NCBI GenBank assembly: GCA_030390025.1
Contig: CM059432.1
Coordinates: forward strand, 98,520,001 to 98,584,000
Origin: Squalus acanthias
Lineage: Eukaryota
Direction of reading: 5' to 3'
Length of the DNA stretch: 64,000 nt
Program-made: the position numbers and the translations under genes
Part shown: positions 23,478 through 36,590 of the stretch, in pieces
How the letters are laid out: the number at the start of each line of letters is the position of its first letter
How positions within the stretch are numbered: the stretch's first letter is position 1
The notes under the pieces: generated by a model
The model's database searches: none
Told to the model about the DNA's origin: nothing
What the model saw: the letters and a program-made list of their open reading frames with translations, nothing else

Positions 23478-24040
23478 GGGCCTGAAAAATCCATTGCCAT
23501 TCCAGCATACTGTAACCATAACTTCAGCGGGATAATGTTGGAAGGGCCAGAAACTAGGCTGGAGCGCTAGTATGTTGAGTTCCAGGCTTATGTTGGCTTG
23601 TTAGGAGCGGAGCCTCTGCCTGTCACAAACATGGCCAAAAGCATAAGAGGAGGCAGGTCTGGTGGTGGGGACTCCCATTATAAGGATATCTCACTTTCCT
23701 GGCCCTCAATAGGACCTGCGGTAGTTTCATCAAAGTGCACCTGGTGATACCAGGCACACCATGCTGATCAGGGTGGAAGTGGAGACCACCTAGATGGGGG
23801 CGGAGAATCCTGGTATAAACACCCAAAGATTTAAGGGCAGGATTTTTTAAAATTACTTTTTAAGTGGCCTCTTTGACAGACAGGGGCCTCTAAAATACTC
23901 CTGGCCTGGGTGCCTGCCATTGCAAGGCGGATTCAGGAACCTCCCCTGATCCTGGAAAGTCCACAAGGGTCAGCAGAGGTTCCCAGTAGGTGTATCTTGG
24001 CACTGACGCCAGTATACACCCTCACACAAATTTTAAGAAC
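23478..24040. mobile_element. Degenerate Harbinger-type MITE
   Basis: Starts GGGCCTGAAAAATCC. GC-rich island in AT-rich DNA. The right end is poorly defined. Confidence 0.4.
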
Positions 24041-24169
24041 TTGGTGGATGGAAACAGAAAAAAACAATTTCTACTCTCACTTATGCATTCATGTATTCTA
24101 GTCCTGCAATCACATTTCAAATTAAATAGCCTGCTTACATTTAAATTGTTAATGTCTTTCAACATTTAA

Positions 24170-26040
24170 AGACCCAAGTCACAAGGGTAGTCAGGAGCAA
24201 TGTTGGCCCCTTAAATACTGAAAGCGGTGATATTGTCATTGATAATAAAAAAATGCCGGACATGTTGAATAATTACTTTGTATCAGTATTTACAGTAGAA
24301 GAGGATAGCATGCCGGAAATCCCAAGGGAGCTAATATTGAATCGGGGACAGGGACTCAATAAAATTAACATCAGTAAAATAACAGTAATGAAGAAAATAA
24401 TGGCACTATAGAGTGATAAATCCCCAGGACCTGATGGTTTCCATCCCAGAGTTTTAAAGGAAGTAGGTGAAGTTCTCTCGATTCAGGAACCGTTCCTTTA
24501 GATTGGAAAATTGCGTATGTCACTCCGCTATTTAAGAATGGCGAGAGAAGGAAACCAGGGAATTATAGACCAGTTAGCCTAACATCTGTTGTCAGGAAAT
24601 TGCTTAAGTCTATAATTAAGGGTCGGGTGACTGAACACCTCAAAAAATTTCAGTTGATCAGAGAGAGCCAGCATGAATTTGGTGAAAGGTAGGTCATGCC
24701 TGACAAACCTGATTGAATTTTTGAAGAGGCAACAAAAGTAGTGGACAGGGGATATTTTTATGATTCGTTCATGGGATCTGGGCATCGCTGGCAAGGCCAG
24801 CATTTATTGCCCATCCCTAATTGCCCCTGAGAATGTCTATGGATGTTATTTATATGGACTTCCAGAAGGCATTTGATAAAGTACTACATAAGAGACTGTT
24901 AACTAAAGTAGAAGCCCACAGAATTGAGGGCAATTTAGTGACCTGGTTAGGAAATTGGCTGAGCAGCAGGAGACAGAGAGTAGGGATAATGGGTAGGTAC
25001 TCAAATTGTCAGGATGAGACTAGTGGTGTCCCACAGGGATCTGTGTTGGGGCCTCAACTATTCACAGTATTTATTAACGACTTAGAGGATGGCATAGAAA
25101 GTCATATATCCAGAATTGCCGATGACACAAAGATAGGTGACATTGTAGGCAGTGTAGATGAAAGCATAAAATTACAAAGGGATGTTGATAGACTAAGTGA
25201 ATGGGCAAAACTATGGCAAATGGATCTCAATGTAGGCAAATGTGAGATCATCCACTTTGGACCTAAAAAGAATAGAACAGGGTACTTTCTAAATGGTAAA
25301 AAGCTAAAAACAGTGGAGGTCCAAAGAGACTTGGGGGTTCAGGTACACAGATCATTAAAATGTTATGAAGAGGTACAGAAAGTAATCAAAAAGGCTAATG
25401 GAATGCTGACCTTTATATCTAGAGGACTAGAATACAAGGGGGTAGAAGTTATGCTGCAGCTATACAAAATCCTGGTTAGACCACACCTGGAGTACAGTGA
25501 GCAGTTCTGGGCACCACAACTTAGGAAGGATATATTGGCCTTGGAGGGAGTGCAGTGTAGGTTTACCAGAATGATACCCTGACTTCAAGGGTTTAATTAT
25601 GAGTAGAGATTACACAAATTAGGGTTGTGTTCCCTAGAATTTAGAAGGTTAAGGGGTGATTTGATTTAAGTTTTCACGATATTAAGGGGAACAGATAGGG
25701 TGGATAGAGAGAAACTATTTCCGCTGTTTGGGGATTCTCAGACTGAGGGCATAGTCTATAAATTAGAGCCAGACCTTTTTGGAGTGAAATTAGGAAACAC
25801 TTTTACACACAAAGGCTGGTAGAAGTTTGGAACTCTCTTACGCAAATGGCAATTGATGTTAGGTCAATTGTTAATTTTAAATCTGGGATTGATAGCTTTA
25901 TGTTAACCAAAGGTATTAAGGGATATGGGCCAAAGGTGGGTGCATGGAATTAAGTCACAGATCAGCCATGATCTCATTGAATGGAAGAATAGGCTCGACG
26001 GGCTGAATGGCCTATTCCTGTTCCTATGTTCCTATGTTCC
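24170..26040 (+). mobile_element. CR1 LINE RT region and tail
   Basis: ORF 24821-25582 has DFQKAFD, GVPQGSVLGP and IADD. TTCCTATG tail. Confidence 0.92.
24753..24832 (-). mobile_element. 80-bp LINE/SINE 3' tail inserted in CR1
   Basis: GGCAAGGCCAGCATTTATTGCCCATCCCTAATTGCCC matches the tails at 34814 and 47130. It interrupts the CR1 sequence GACAGGGGA|ATGTCTATG. Confidence 0.8.
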
Positions 26041-26526
26041 TTTGTCATGTCCCCTCTCAATCTGCTTTTCTCCAATGAACACAGGTTGAGCTCTGTTAGC
26101 TTTGCATCACAACTTAAGAGCTCCAAGAACGGAAACCATCACTAATACTCTCCTCAAATGCATCAGGGCTACTGTAGTCTGCTGGTTCTTTGCTTGATTG
26201 CCTTAGGAAGACAGAGAGGAATTTCCCAGATTTATCCGTAAATTGGCTGCAGGATTTTTGCCTCTCCCAGGGGGTTGCATGGTTAAGGAGTGGGTCAAAG
26301 GTTCATGTGCTGGAGCCATACCTCAATGTGGAAGGCTTGATGGGCCTGATGGTCTTTCTCCATCCTCTTTTTCATATTTCTCATAACTTGAGTTCTTTTC
26401 ATTTTAGTTAAATAGTTTAATAAGGGCTAATTGATTATAAATTAGATGTTTTTCTTTTTCTCTCATCTGTAAATAAAATGTAAAATTAGTTAACTAGTAA
26501 AGGTATAGAAAAGTATTAGTAAAAAA

Positions 26527-26625
26527 GTTTTTTTTTTTTTTCTTCATTATCGGGATTTGGGCGTTGCTGGCAAGGCCGGCATTTATTGTTCATCCGTAGT
26601 TGCCCTTGAGAAGCTGATGGTGAGC
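26527..26625 (-). mobile_element. LINE/SINE 3' tail fragment with poly(T)
   Basis: Same tail motif (GCTGGCAAGGCC.GCATTTATTG) after a T run. Confidence 0.7.
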
Positions 26626-26852
26626 AATTAAACAGTCAACCCTGAATCCTGAAAATAAAAAAAACCAATTACACTTTATTAACTTTAAATCTAGTTACAG
26701 TGTGTTAATATAGTGAGCCTATATGATGGAATTACTTATCCATCCAGCAGAGGAAGTATAGTCCTGCAGGTAACATTTGGTAAAGTCCTGGCTCAGATGT
26801 AGAGGATGAATATGTTTGATCATGTAATGCTGAAGGAATAAACACACATTAT

Positions 26853-27160
26853 GGGCTGGAATTTGCCTAAAACTTGCGCCATAGCAACGGCGCATCTATG
26901 GTGTAGACCATTATTAAGGTGCAGAAATTACAGGAAATTATGGCGTGAATGACTTATGGCATTACGTACGCCACACCATAATTTCCTGGGACTTTAGCAC
27001 TGCTCCACAGAAAATGTTGAACAGCAAGTAATCATAACTCCTCTCCCCATTGAAATCAATAGCGAGATCGAGTTTGCTGAATTAACTCCACTGTGATCGC
27101 CAATACCACTTAAACCATAACAGAACGGCGCTGGAGGGCTCAGTATGTTTGGTGCAATCA
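26853..27160. mobile_element. MITE-like fragment
   Basis: Starts GGGCTGGAATTT and contains CCATTGAAATCAAT. Similar in style to 49565-49800. Confidence 0.35.
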
Positions 27161-27408
27161 TAGGAATTGTAGTTTACTGTTTAAATTAAGAAATAATTGT
27201 GTTGTCCTCATGAGTTTTTTTTATTATTAACTGGTGCTGTTCTGAAAGGGTCACTGGTGCAAAATGCAAAACAACTGAAATTATATATATATGGTGGGAG
27301 TGGGTTGCTGGTTCCTAGCCTTAAATTGCCATCATAATGTAACTTTTTAACATGTCATTTGGATCATTAATCCTATACATTGTGAATGTGGTCAGAAGTG
27401 ATTACAAT

Positions 27409-29730
27409 GGCTGCAAAATTCAGCTCCGTAGCGCCCGTTGTTTGGGTGCTATGAGTGCGGCATAGGTTCCAAGATGGCGTCCGCAGCACGCATGCACACT
27501 TCTGGTGTGGCCCACACTGAATGCCATCTTGGTAAGGATGTTAGTGCATGTGCAGGGAGCATCCACCAGAAATATGTAGAGTGGGCAGATCGTGACGTCA
27601 ATCAGCATGCAATGCCGATTTGACGCCAACGCTGCCATTTTGGAGCTCAAATGCTCCAGCTAATGCCTCCTCCTAAACTTGCACAGGTGAATACGTGATC
27701 AGCTGCAGGAAGGACCCTGCACCAGCACTATATAAAGGGACCGTCAACTACTTACAAGTTAGTTGCTGATTGATTTCTACTGGCTGTTGCTGCATTTGTA
27801 CAAGAGTTTGGTGCATTCTATAGTTCTTTAAAGTTGCTAAAGGAGTGGTGTGCTGAAGGTCATTTATGCTGAAGGTCATTTTTCTGACTTCAAGGCTTCT
27901 GCACAACCAGTTGCTGCCAGACATGGGTGCAATAATAGGAATTCCCCTATGAATACAGCATGTCTTGGAGGATGAACAGAGGCCACGCAGAGCAGGACAA
28001 GCTGCTGGAAGAGGGGGAAGGAGGAGGAGGCCATATCTGCCCAGGGTGTTCAGGGAGCAATTTTCCGACCTGAACCTCAGTGAAGAACAATGCGTGAGAT
28101 GTCTACGCTTCTGTTACGGTGTCCTTGCTGAAATCTGCCACCTGCTGCAGCCACAATGGCAACCTCAGAGCAGGGCGAGGACTGCATTGCCAGTGGCTAT
28201 GTCACCTTCCCTCTGTTACTGACCATCACAATGCAAAAATAAAAGCCAACATAAAATAAAAATTCCAAACCAAATGTATAAATCAAACCATGCCATATTG
28301 CATACAAACATCAAATACTCACCCCTGTGCATTCCCTTAGTGCCTGTTTTCCGTGTGGCTTTGCCTGTCCTGGTACTCCTATGTAGTGCAACTCCAGTGC
28401 CTGCAGTATGGCTAGTGGAAGGCTGCTGACATTCAGTGGGGGAGACTGCAGATGGACTTGGAGGATGACAACGAGGAGCTCTGGCCTAGAAAGCTTGGCT
28501 TCGGACTGCATGGGCGGCAGCAGTCTGCACTGGCTGGCTGACAGGTAACAGCAAGGGCACTGGCAGAGTGGCAGGGGTGGAAGGACGAATGCTGTCACCC
28601 TGAGAGAGGACAGCAGGTTCATCCTCCACTGAGCCACTGCCACTCCCCTGGGGCGGCACCTCAGCAACCCTAGTAATCTGTGGGAGGACAGATTGCTGGA
28701 CTGTTGTGACACCCTGCAAGCCCCTTTGAACACTGGTATCCGCTGCCCTGAGGGCGGCAGTCTGAGCTTGCATGGCAGCAAGCTGAACTTGCATGACAGA
28801 AGTCTGAGCTCCACTGCAGCACCCAAACATTGTGTGGCTTCTGCTTGTGCTGCAATGGAAGGTGAGGCATCAACCATCAAACGCTGTATCATGGTTGGGT
28901 CCGCAAGTGTGCTAATGGAGTTGGCCACCATTTCAATGTTGGAAGCTCTGCGCAAAGCGCTGCAGGCTTTCTGGAAGGCTTGCCGATGCACCAAGCATTT
29001 CATTGTGCATACCCTTCAGCCTTCTTCTGCAGTCTGCCACATCGAAGTGCTCATCTAAGTCCTCTGCAGCTACACTTGTGTGCAACCTCGCCCTCTGGCT
29101 AGCTGGCACCTGCACTATCCTTGTCCCCTGCCCTGGCTGCAGGCCATTTATGCCTGGTGTCTCATGCAGATCCCGCCTCTAAGCTATCCTCCAAATTACG
29201 CGCAGTGTTAGTATCTGAGCTGATGGCTGTGAGTGTGAAATCGAGTGACGGTGTTTCTTCTTCATCACTGTCTTCCTGCTCTTTCACCTCTTACTGTTGC
29301 ACCACTGCCTAGCCAGGTTGTACTTCTTGGGTATCTGAAGTGAGAAAGGCACAAGGGTAGTGCAGGGAGGGGGGTGGGAAAGCAAAAGGTGCATGCTTAC
29401 ACGATCTGCAGCTTGTAAACCAGAAGATGAGGGATGAAGGAAAAGCGGCCTGGGAGAAGGAGGATTAGGTATAGAGGATACCTTCATCTTCGATGGTTTC
29501 AGCTCTGCTGCTGATGGCCACTGCAATGAAGGCAACCAGCATCTTCTCCATCGGGGTAAGGACATGCAGCCGTGCCTGTCCCTCACCGGTTAGCTCATGT
29601 TGCCTCCGATTATGTGCCAAGTTGTCCTGCAAAAGAGAGGGAAGTGTGTCAGTGAGTGTGGTGCTTTGTGTTTGGGTGATGTGCCTGTCAAGGTTGAATA
29701 GCTGGCAGTGTGTGCAAGGTGTGAGATGTG
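27409..29730. mobile_element. Harbinger copy E (transposase 5' part on + from 27923, deleted at about 28200; Myb exons 2-3 on -)
   Basis: TIR GGCTGCAAAATTCAG. RRPYLPRVFREQFSDLNLSEEQC. The minus-strand Myb exons align with copy B. Confidence 0.85.
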
Positions 29731-29930
29731 GTCCTGTATTAAGTTAAATTCTTTTTTGAACCCCTCCACCTGTTCATCTGTTGTTTTACCCGATGATAGT
29801 TTTGACCAGTTTACTGTCATCAGCCTCAGTCTCACCCCATTAAAGTTAGCCTTATCAAAATCTTGAAACTTCGTAACTGTGTTAAGTTTCTCCTTTTCAA
29901 ACCTCCAGATTGTTTTATTATTTGATCTCA
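29731..29930 (-). mobile_element. Old CR1 ORF2 fragment (APE-RT linker)
   Basis: DFDKANFNGVRLRL...VNWSKL...FKKEF. Confidence 0.6.
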
Positions 29931-30375
29931 ACCTTTGGGTGTGTTGTCACCTCGGAATGCACATCAGAGTGTATTGCTCTGTGCCATTAGAGAGTGATGG
30001 CAAGCTCTTGTGATTTGACTGGTTAGATTTGGAAAAAAAAAACTCGCACTTATATAGTGCCTTTAATATGGTAAAATATTCCAAGTTGCTTCACGGGTAA
30101 TGGAGATAAAACAGGACTTAGAAGAAGGGCTGGGAGATTGAAGATATGGACAAAGAAATAGATTTTAATGAAACTTTTGCAGGTTGGGGAAAGATGCAGT
30201 GTGGTGAAAATAGATGAATTCTACAAATCATCAAATGCGGAATGTCATTGAAATTTACTCACTGCTGGGCGGTATCAAACCTTCGATTATATTATAGCTT
30301 CAACATTAAACAAATTGGTTTGAGGACTCATTATGGAGCACTTCGGAATTTGAAAAAAATATACGAAAAGTTATG

Positions 30376-31268
30376 GGGGGAAAAATTCAGTTGGTTGCGC
30401 CTCCTGTTAGCGCCTTAAGAGGGCGCTAATGGGGCGCAAAGCATCTAGCGCCCGGGCGCAGCGATGTTTGCATCGCTCGCGAAATTAACTAGACATTTTG
30501 TGGCAGCGCTAAACACTACCGCCACCATCTCCTGCGCCGGCAGATCGTGACGTCAGCCGAGTTCGCAACGCCCCGGTATCGCCCCGGAGCGGATATTGAG
30601 CGGCGCCCCCTGCCTTACCGCCTGCCGCTAGCAACGACAGTTTGAGTGGAGCATTTTGCAGTCAGGCAGGGACTGGGAGAGTGCTATTTAAAGGCGACCG
30701 CTTCCTGCCTTTTATTGTTGGTGACATTTTTGAACCACGCATTCTGAGAGAGAGAGAGAGAGACTTCTGGAGAGATTCAATGGTGTGTGAAGGAGTTTTG
30801 GGTACTGAGCAGCACTTTGCAGGTTCATTTTGATTTGCCCTTCCTTGTATCGATTTAGAAGAGACTGTGGGGGCTGCATTCTGAGATCTTTCCCTGGTAC
30901 TCTCCATTGTTCTTTCCAGCAGATTTGATGTGCAGGTCTCTCCAGGCCGAGATTCAAGGCTGCAATGAGCAGGATGTGGATGGAAAGCAAGATCAACCCT
31001 CCCCTTTAGGAACTGGCCAGCGCAATTGTGTGTGTGTTCCATTGCTGACTGACATCACATGAGCTTCGCCAGCGCTCTGAGGTAGCGCCTCGCTCCTCGG
31101 CCTTTGCGCCTTAAGACAGGTGTGAAGCACCTGATTTAGCGCTCCAATCACCTGCAGGGGCGATAAAAGTCAAGTTTGCAGTCGGTGGCGATAATTATCG
31201 CCAGGCGCTAATCTTTGCGCCCGGCCGATAATTGCGCCCCAAATGGGGCGATACTGAATTTCTCCCCC
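30376..31268 (-). mobile_element. Non-autonomous Harbinger (family 1), copy b
   Basis: Reverse complement of 10882-11769 over its full length. TSD ATG. Confidence 0.92.
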
Positions 31269-31839
31269 ATGGAGTTCTATAGCTTTAAGTCTACTTTAAA
31301 ACTAAAACAACTTACAATCACCTCGCAGATCCTTTGAACCGAATCTTTCATTACAGTCCTGACATCATGTCAACTTAGTCATCAGTAATAGTGGAGTAAA
31401 AAATGTTTTTTATAGTGTACTGCATGACCTTATGGATTGTATTGGTTCAACAATACACTAGATAAATGAAAATCACACATACAAAGCATTAATGGGAGAG
31501 AGTCATCACTCAGGATTTCCAGATGTATTAGTTTTATTGATTGGAGTGACATACACTGTTTTCAAATACTAAGTTTAATAAGCAAAAGCTATATGGCCTG
31601 TGTGCGGAATTGAGTATACTGCTCATGCAATTCACACACTCCCAGTATCAGTGAAAATAACAATAATACTCACCTTCCACATTGCTGACATCTTTCAGAC
31701 CCTGCCTAGAACAATTGTCACCAATATATCTGTCACCAAAGCTCAAAGGTTTTTTTCCGCCTTCCTCAGAAGGACACTATACTCTACCAGCTATTCTATG
31801 GGATAGATAGGGATAGTAGGACCAGAAGACATGCATATA

Positions 31840-32230
31840 AAATAAGTAGGCAAAGAGCTAGGAAGTATTTCCTTTTACTGAGAAGTATTGCCACCTGGAA
31901 CAGATGACCTGTGGATATGACATCACTACAGTCATTTAAAGGGTAACATGACAGGCTCTTGAAAGAAGAGGCTGTTTCCAGTTACAAGGTAGATTAAAAG
32001 TTATTTGCCATTGTGAGGAATTATGGGCTATCTCATTCTCCTGGAGCTTTGCTTGATTGACTTGGGGATTTGGAGGAGAATTTCCCAGAATTTCTCCTGG
32101 ATTGACCATAGTTTTTTTTTCCCTCCCCCAAGAGATTATATAACTAAGTGGTGGATTAATGGTGTGAATAGCTGCACATGTCTGGATGGAGCGGGCTTGA
32201 TGGTCTTTTCAGCCCCTTCTTATCCTATGT
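31840..32230 (+). mobile_element. Old CR1 3' remnant
   Basis: Degenerate CTTTTACTGAGAAGTATTGCCACCTGGAAC. The 3' UTR resembles 26150-26385. Confidence 0.45.
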
Positions 32231-32814
32231 TCATATATTCACCAGTTTGACAATCCCATTTCCCTTTTGGTTAGATCAGACTTTTCTCCTTTCTTGTGAT
32301 ACAAGTGAAAAATTCAATCCACAGGTTCTTCGCACATTCGGTGACTTTTGATCCAGTATATTAGCCATATAATCCGACTGAAATTGTCAAACCCAGCACT
32401 GATTTAGCTAAATTAATAGATGAAAGACTGTTTGATGTAGAAGCTCATTGGTTTTGTTTCTAATTAGCAGAAAGATAATGATGTATGACACTTTGAGCTT
32501 TCTGCACCTCCATTTCATCTTCCATTATAAATTAGTTTGCACTAGAATTTGTAATAGTAACTAAAGGTGTATCAATTTCATTTTTTGCAAATCCTTTGGT
32601 GGACAGATGAACTTGCTAAGAATCACTTAAAAATATATATTTTTCAAGGGCAGGTTGGTAGAATGTAGAAAGTATATCTACACAAAAGTCCCGAGAGACC
32701 ACGGCATTCAGGGAAGTAAATGCATTGGACCAGCACCGATGTTAGTTGCTATAATTGAAAATAAAGGCTGCTTACTTTTATATTTCTTACTACCAATTAA
32801 CTATTAGCATGGAA

Positions 32815-32872
32815 AGAGAGAGAGAGACAGGGAGGCAGAGAAAGAGAGACAGGGGGAGAGAGGGAGAGAGAA
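32815..32872 (+). repeat. (GA)-rich simple repeat
   Basis: Visible purine tract GAGAGAGAGAC/GGGAGAGAG. Confidence 0.85.
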
Positions 32873-33420
32873 AGATTCAATTCTACTCCTAAATTCTACA
32901 AGGGTTTCCTTTTATTTTTATTATTGAACAGTCAGCAATATCTATCCTTTCATCATGCTTCTTTGTATTCTTATTCTTGTAAATGAGATAACCAAAATGT
33001 ATTTCTAATTATTCCTTGCATGGTCAAACCTTTATTATTATGTTAAATGCTCTATCATGCAACATTTTGAATGGTGTATGTTCGAGCATTTAAAAAGCTA
33101 AATTCTATATTTATTTCTGTACCTATTTTCTTGTCACTTGCTGCATTGTCACAGTAGATATCCACACCTACATTCTTTACAGTTGAAATTAGAATTTATG
33201 TCATTATATATTCTCTTTTACACATTTAAAAGAGGAAGATAATACCACACAAAAATGATGCATTGAACTGTACATTTTCTCTAAATCAGATACCATTACC
33301 TCTAATATAAAATATCTTATTTATTGGTTCTAACAAAGAAAGGAAAGCTGCCTTTTACATTTTCAGTAATTTGCTTTTTTTATGGTTCCCAAAAGAAGCA
33401 ACTAATAGAAAGAAGTTATT

Positions 33421-34172
33421 GGGGCAGAATTTGTGGTCGGTATAATGGCGTACTCTCAGAGTAAGCCATCATACTGCCTTTGAAGTGGACAGCAAGTTCG
33501 GAAATTCCAGCGCATGCATTAAATCCCGAACTTTTGATCTGTCAAGTTCTGACTTGACAGATCATCCGCTTTGACATTGAAATCCTAATTGCTGGCGTAG
33601 AGTTGGGCTAATTGCCCACCAACTGTCCAGCAATTACACATGAAAATTTTACAGCTGGTGCAAACAGGCGCAGCAGCCTGTTTGCACAGCGTAAGGGGAT
33701 GTCCGCCAATAAAAAATCTACATCTGATACTTTTTTGTTTAAATATATATGAAAAGGAATGTAAATCCAGATTGGGTAGAGTTAGAGACTGTTCGGGAAA
33801 TTGACAGATTTGCAAATTTAAAAAGAAATCAAAAATACACTTCCTTTACTCCCCTCACTTTACCTTCAGGTGACCTTTCATGGTAAAAAATGCTTAAAAA
33901 CTTTTATCAACATTAGCTGCTATATTCTCCCTAGAAAATACCATAGTATCTAATGGGGGGAGAATGAGAGACCTTCTGTTTCCTGATTGGAGCACCGCCC
34001 CACGTGATCCCAGGTACGCTTACACACGCGGTGCGCCCCTGGGATCCGTGGGCCACTACGCTGCGCTCAACTCTGCAGCATCTGACAGCAACTTTTCGTT
34101 AGGGGCCTCGTAACAGGTTCAGATGCTGGCAGCATAATCCTTAATTACGCCGCCGACTGCAAAATCCGGGCC
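33421..34172. mobile_element. Non-autonomous Harbinger / MITE related to family 2
   Basis: Ends GGGGCAGAATTTGTGGTCGG / CCGACTGCAAAATCCGGGCC with TSD ATT. Shares CCCACGTGATCCCAGG with the element at 43506. Confidence 0.82.
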
Positions 34173-34813
34173 ATTGTGTCCGTTGAGCGAGTGTCAGCAA
34201 CAAAACTGCAAATTAGAAAACTAATCACATTCCAAAAGAAAACTAGAGAGTGAATCAATTATTTTTGACTGGCTTTTTAATATGATTTTTGAATTTCAAT
34301 TTTGTTTGAAAAAACTAAAAAGGCAGACAATTTGATGGCACCAGTCTCTTAATATCTGACAAGTTCACTACCTCAATTTTTCCCTGGAGCAGTTTAAATA
34401 TATTTACATAGAATTTAAATCATCTGCCCTGGTAATGAGGGACGGATAGTCTTAGAAGTCTGATTAGACTCTTCACAGTATTCTGGGCAGTGCAGCAAGA
34501 ACCCAATGAAACTACCCGTGCAGTCACCAATATAAAGTGCTTCCAAAATATCACTGAAGGGTAGCTTCTGTAAAGACAAATAAACAGATGGATAAGTAAA
34601 TAAAACCATATTCTTAGCATATCAAATAATTAATATTGCTCTAGAACCATATATAATTAAAATTATATTAATATAATTAATATAAAAGTAATCACTTAAT
34701 TTTTTACTCTTTGCACAAATAACTATGAATGGGGTTAGTCATTACGTTTAATACCATCATCAACATATTTCTTAAAATGTCTCTGTCAAAATCATAAATG
34801 CATCTACATGTAC

Positions 34814-36590
34814 TTTTTTTTATTTGTTCCTGGGATGTGGGTGTTGCTGGCAAGGCCAGCATTTATTGCCCATCCCTAATTGCACTTGAAAAGGGGATGG
34901 TGAGCTGCCATCTTGAACCGCTGCAGTCCATGTGGTGAAGGTACTCCCACAGTGTTGTTAGGGAGGGAGTTCCAGGATTTTGACCCAGCGACGATGAAGG
35001 AATGGCGATATATTTCCTAGTCAGGATGGTGTGTGACTGGGAGGGGAATTTGCAGGTGATGGTGTTCCCATGTGCCTGCTGCCATTGTCCTTCTAGGTGG
35101 TAGAGGTCGTGGATTTGGGAGGTGCTGCCGAAGAAGCCTTGGTTAGTTGCTGCAGTGCATCTTGTAGATGATACATACTGCAGCCACGGTACGCTGGTGG
35201 TGGAGGGAGTGAATGTTTAAGGTGGTGGATGGGGTGCCAATCAAGTAGGGTGCTTTGTCCTGGATGGTGTCAAGCTTCTTGAGTGTTGTTGGAGCTGCAC
35301 TCATCCAGGAGAGTATTCCATCACACTTCTGACTTGAGACTTGTAGATGGTGGAAATGTTTTTGGGAGTCAGGAGGTGAGACACTCGCCGCAGAATACCC
35401 AGCCTCTGACCTGCTCTTGATGCCACAGTATTTATGTGGCTGGTCCAGTTACGTTTCTGGTGACCCCCAAGATGTTGATGGTGGGGGATTCGATGATGGT
35501 AATCCCATTGAATGTTAAGGGGTGGTGGTTAGACTCTCACTTGTTGGACATAGTCATTGCCTGGCACTTGTGTGGCGCGAATGTTACTTGCCACTCATCA
35601 GGCCAAGCCTGAATGTCATCCAGGTCTTGCTGCATGCGGGCTTGGACTGTTTCATTATCTGAGGAGTTGCGAATGGAACTGAACATCCCCACTTCTGACC
35701 TTATGATGGAGGGAAGGTCATTGATGAAGCAGCTGAAGATGGTTGGGCCCAGGACACTGCCCTGAGGAACTCCTGCAGCAATGTCCTGCGGCTGAGATGA
35801 TTGACCTCCAACAACTTCAGCCATCATCCTTTGTGCTAGGTATGACTCCAACCAATGGAGCGTTTCCCCCCTATTCCCATTGACTTCAGTTTTACTAGGG
35901 CTCCTTGATGCCACACTCGGTCAAATGTTGCCTTGATGTCAAGGGCAGTCACTCTTACCTTACCTCTGGAATTCAACTCTTTTGTCCATGTTTAGACCAA
36001 GGCTGCAATGAGGTCTGGAGTCGAGTGGTCCTGGCGGAACCCAAACTGAGCATCAGTGAGCAGGTTATTGGTGAGTAAGTGCTGCTTGATAGCACTGTCA
36101 ACGATACCTTCCAACACTTTGCTGATGATTGAGAGTAGACTGATGGGGCGATAATTGGCTGGATTGGATTTGTCCTGCTTTTTGTGGACAGGACATACCT
36201 GGGCAGTTTTCCACATTGTCGGGTAGATGCCAGTGCTGTAGCTGTACTGGAACAGCTTGGCTAGAGGTGCGGCCACTTCTGGAGCACATGTCTTCAGCAC
36301 AACAGCCAGGATGTTGTTGGGGCCCATAGCCTTTGCTGTATCCAGTGCGCTCAGCTGTTTCTTGATATCATGTGGAGTGAATCGAATTGGCTGAAGATTG
36401 GCTTCTGTGCTTTTGGGGACCTCTGGAGAAGGCCGATATGGATCATCCACTTGGCACTTCTGGCTGAAGATGTTTGCAAACACTTCAGCCTTGTCTTTTG
36501 CACTCGTGTGCTGGGTTCCGCCATTATTGAGGATGAGGATGTTCATGGAGCCTTCTCCTCCCATTAGTTGTTTAATTGTCCACCACCATA
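34814..36590 (-). mobile_element. CR1-clade LINE (second lineage), RT and 3' tail
   Basis: KDKAEVFANIFSQKC, NYRPISLLSIISKV, QFGFR and GVPQGSVLGP. The tail ends in poly(A) and is shared with the SINE at 46854. Confidence 0.9.

Noticed and set aside
10882..31268. A single 20-kb composite transposon bounded by the family 1 copies
   Set aside because: Each copy has its own TSD (TAT vs ATG), and the outer flanks do not match.
34415..34570. Minus-strand exon candidate after TTTACAG
   Set aside because: No recognisable peptide, no convincing donor and no partner exon.
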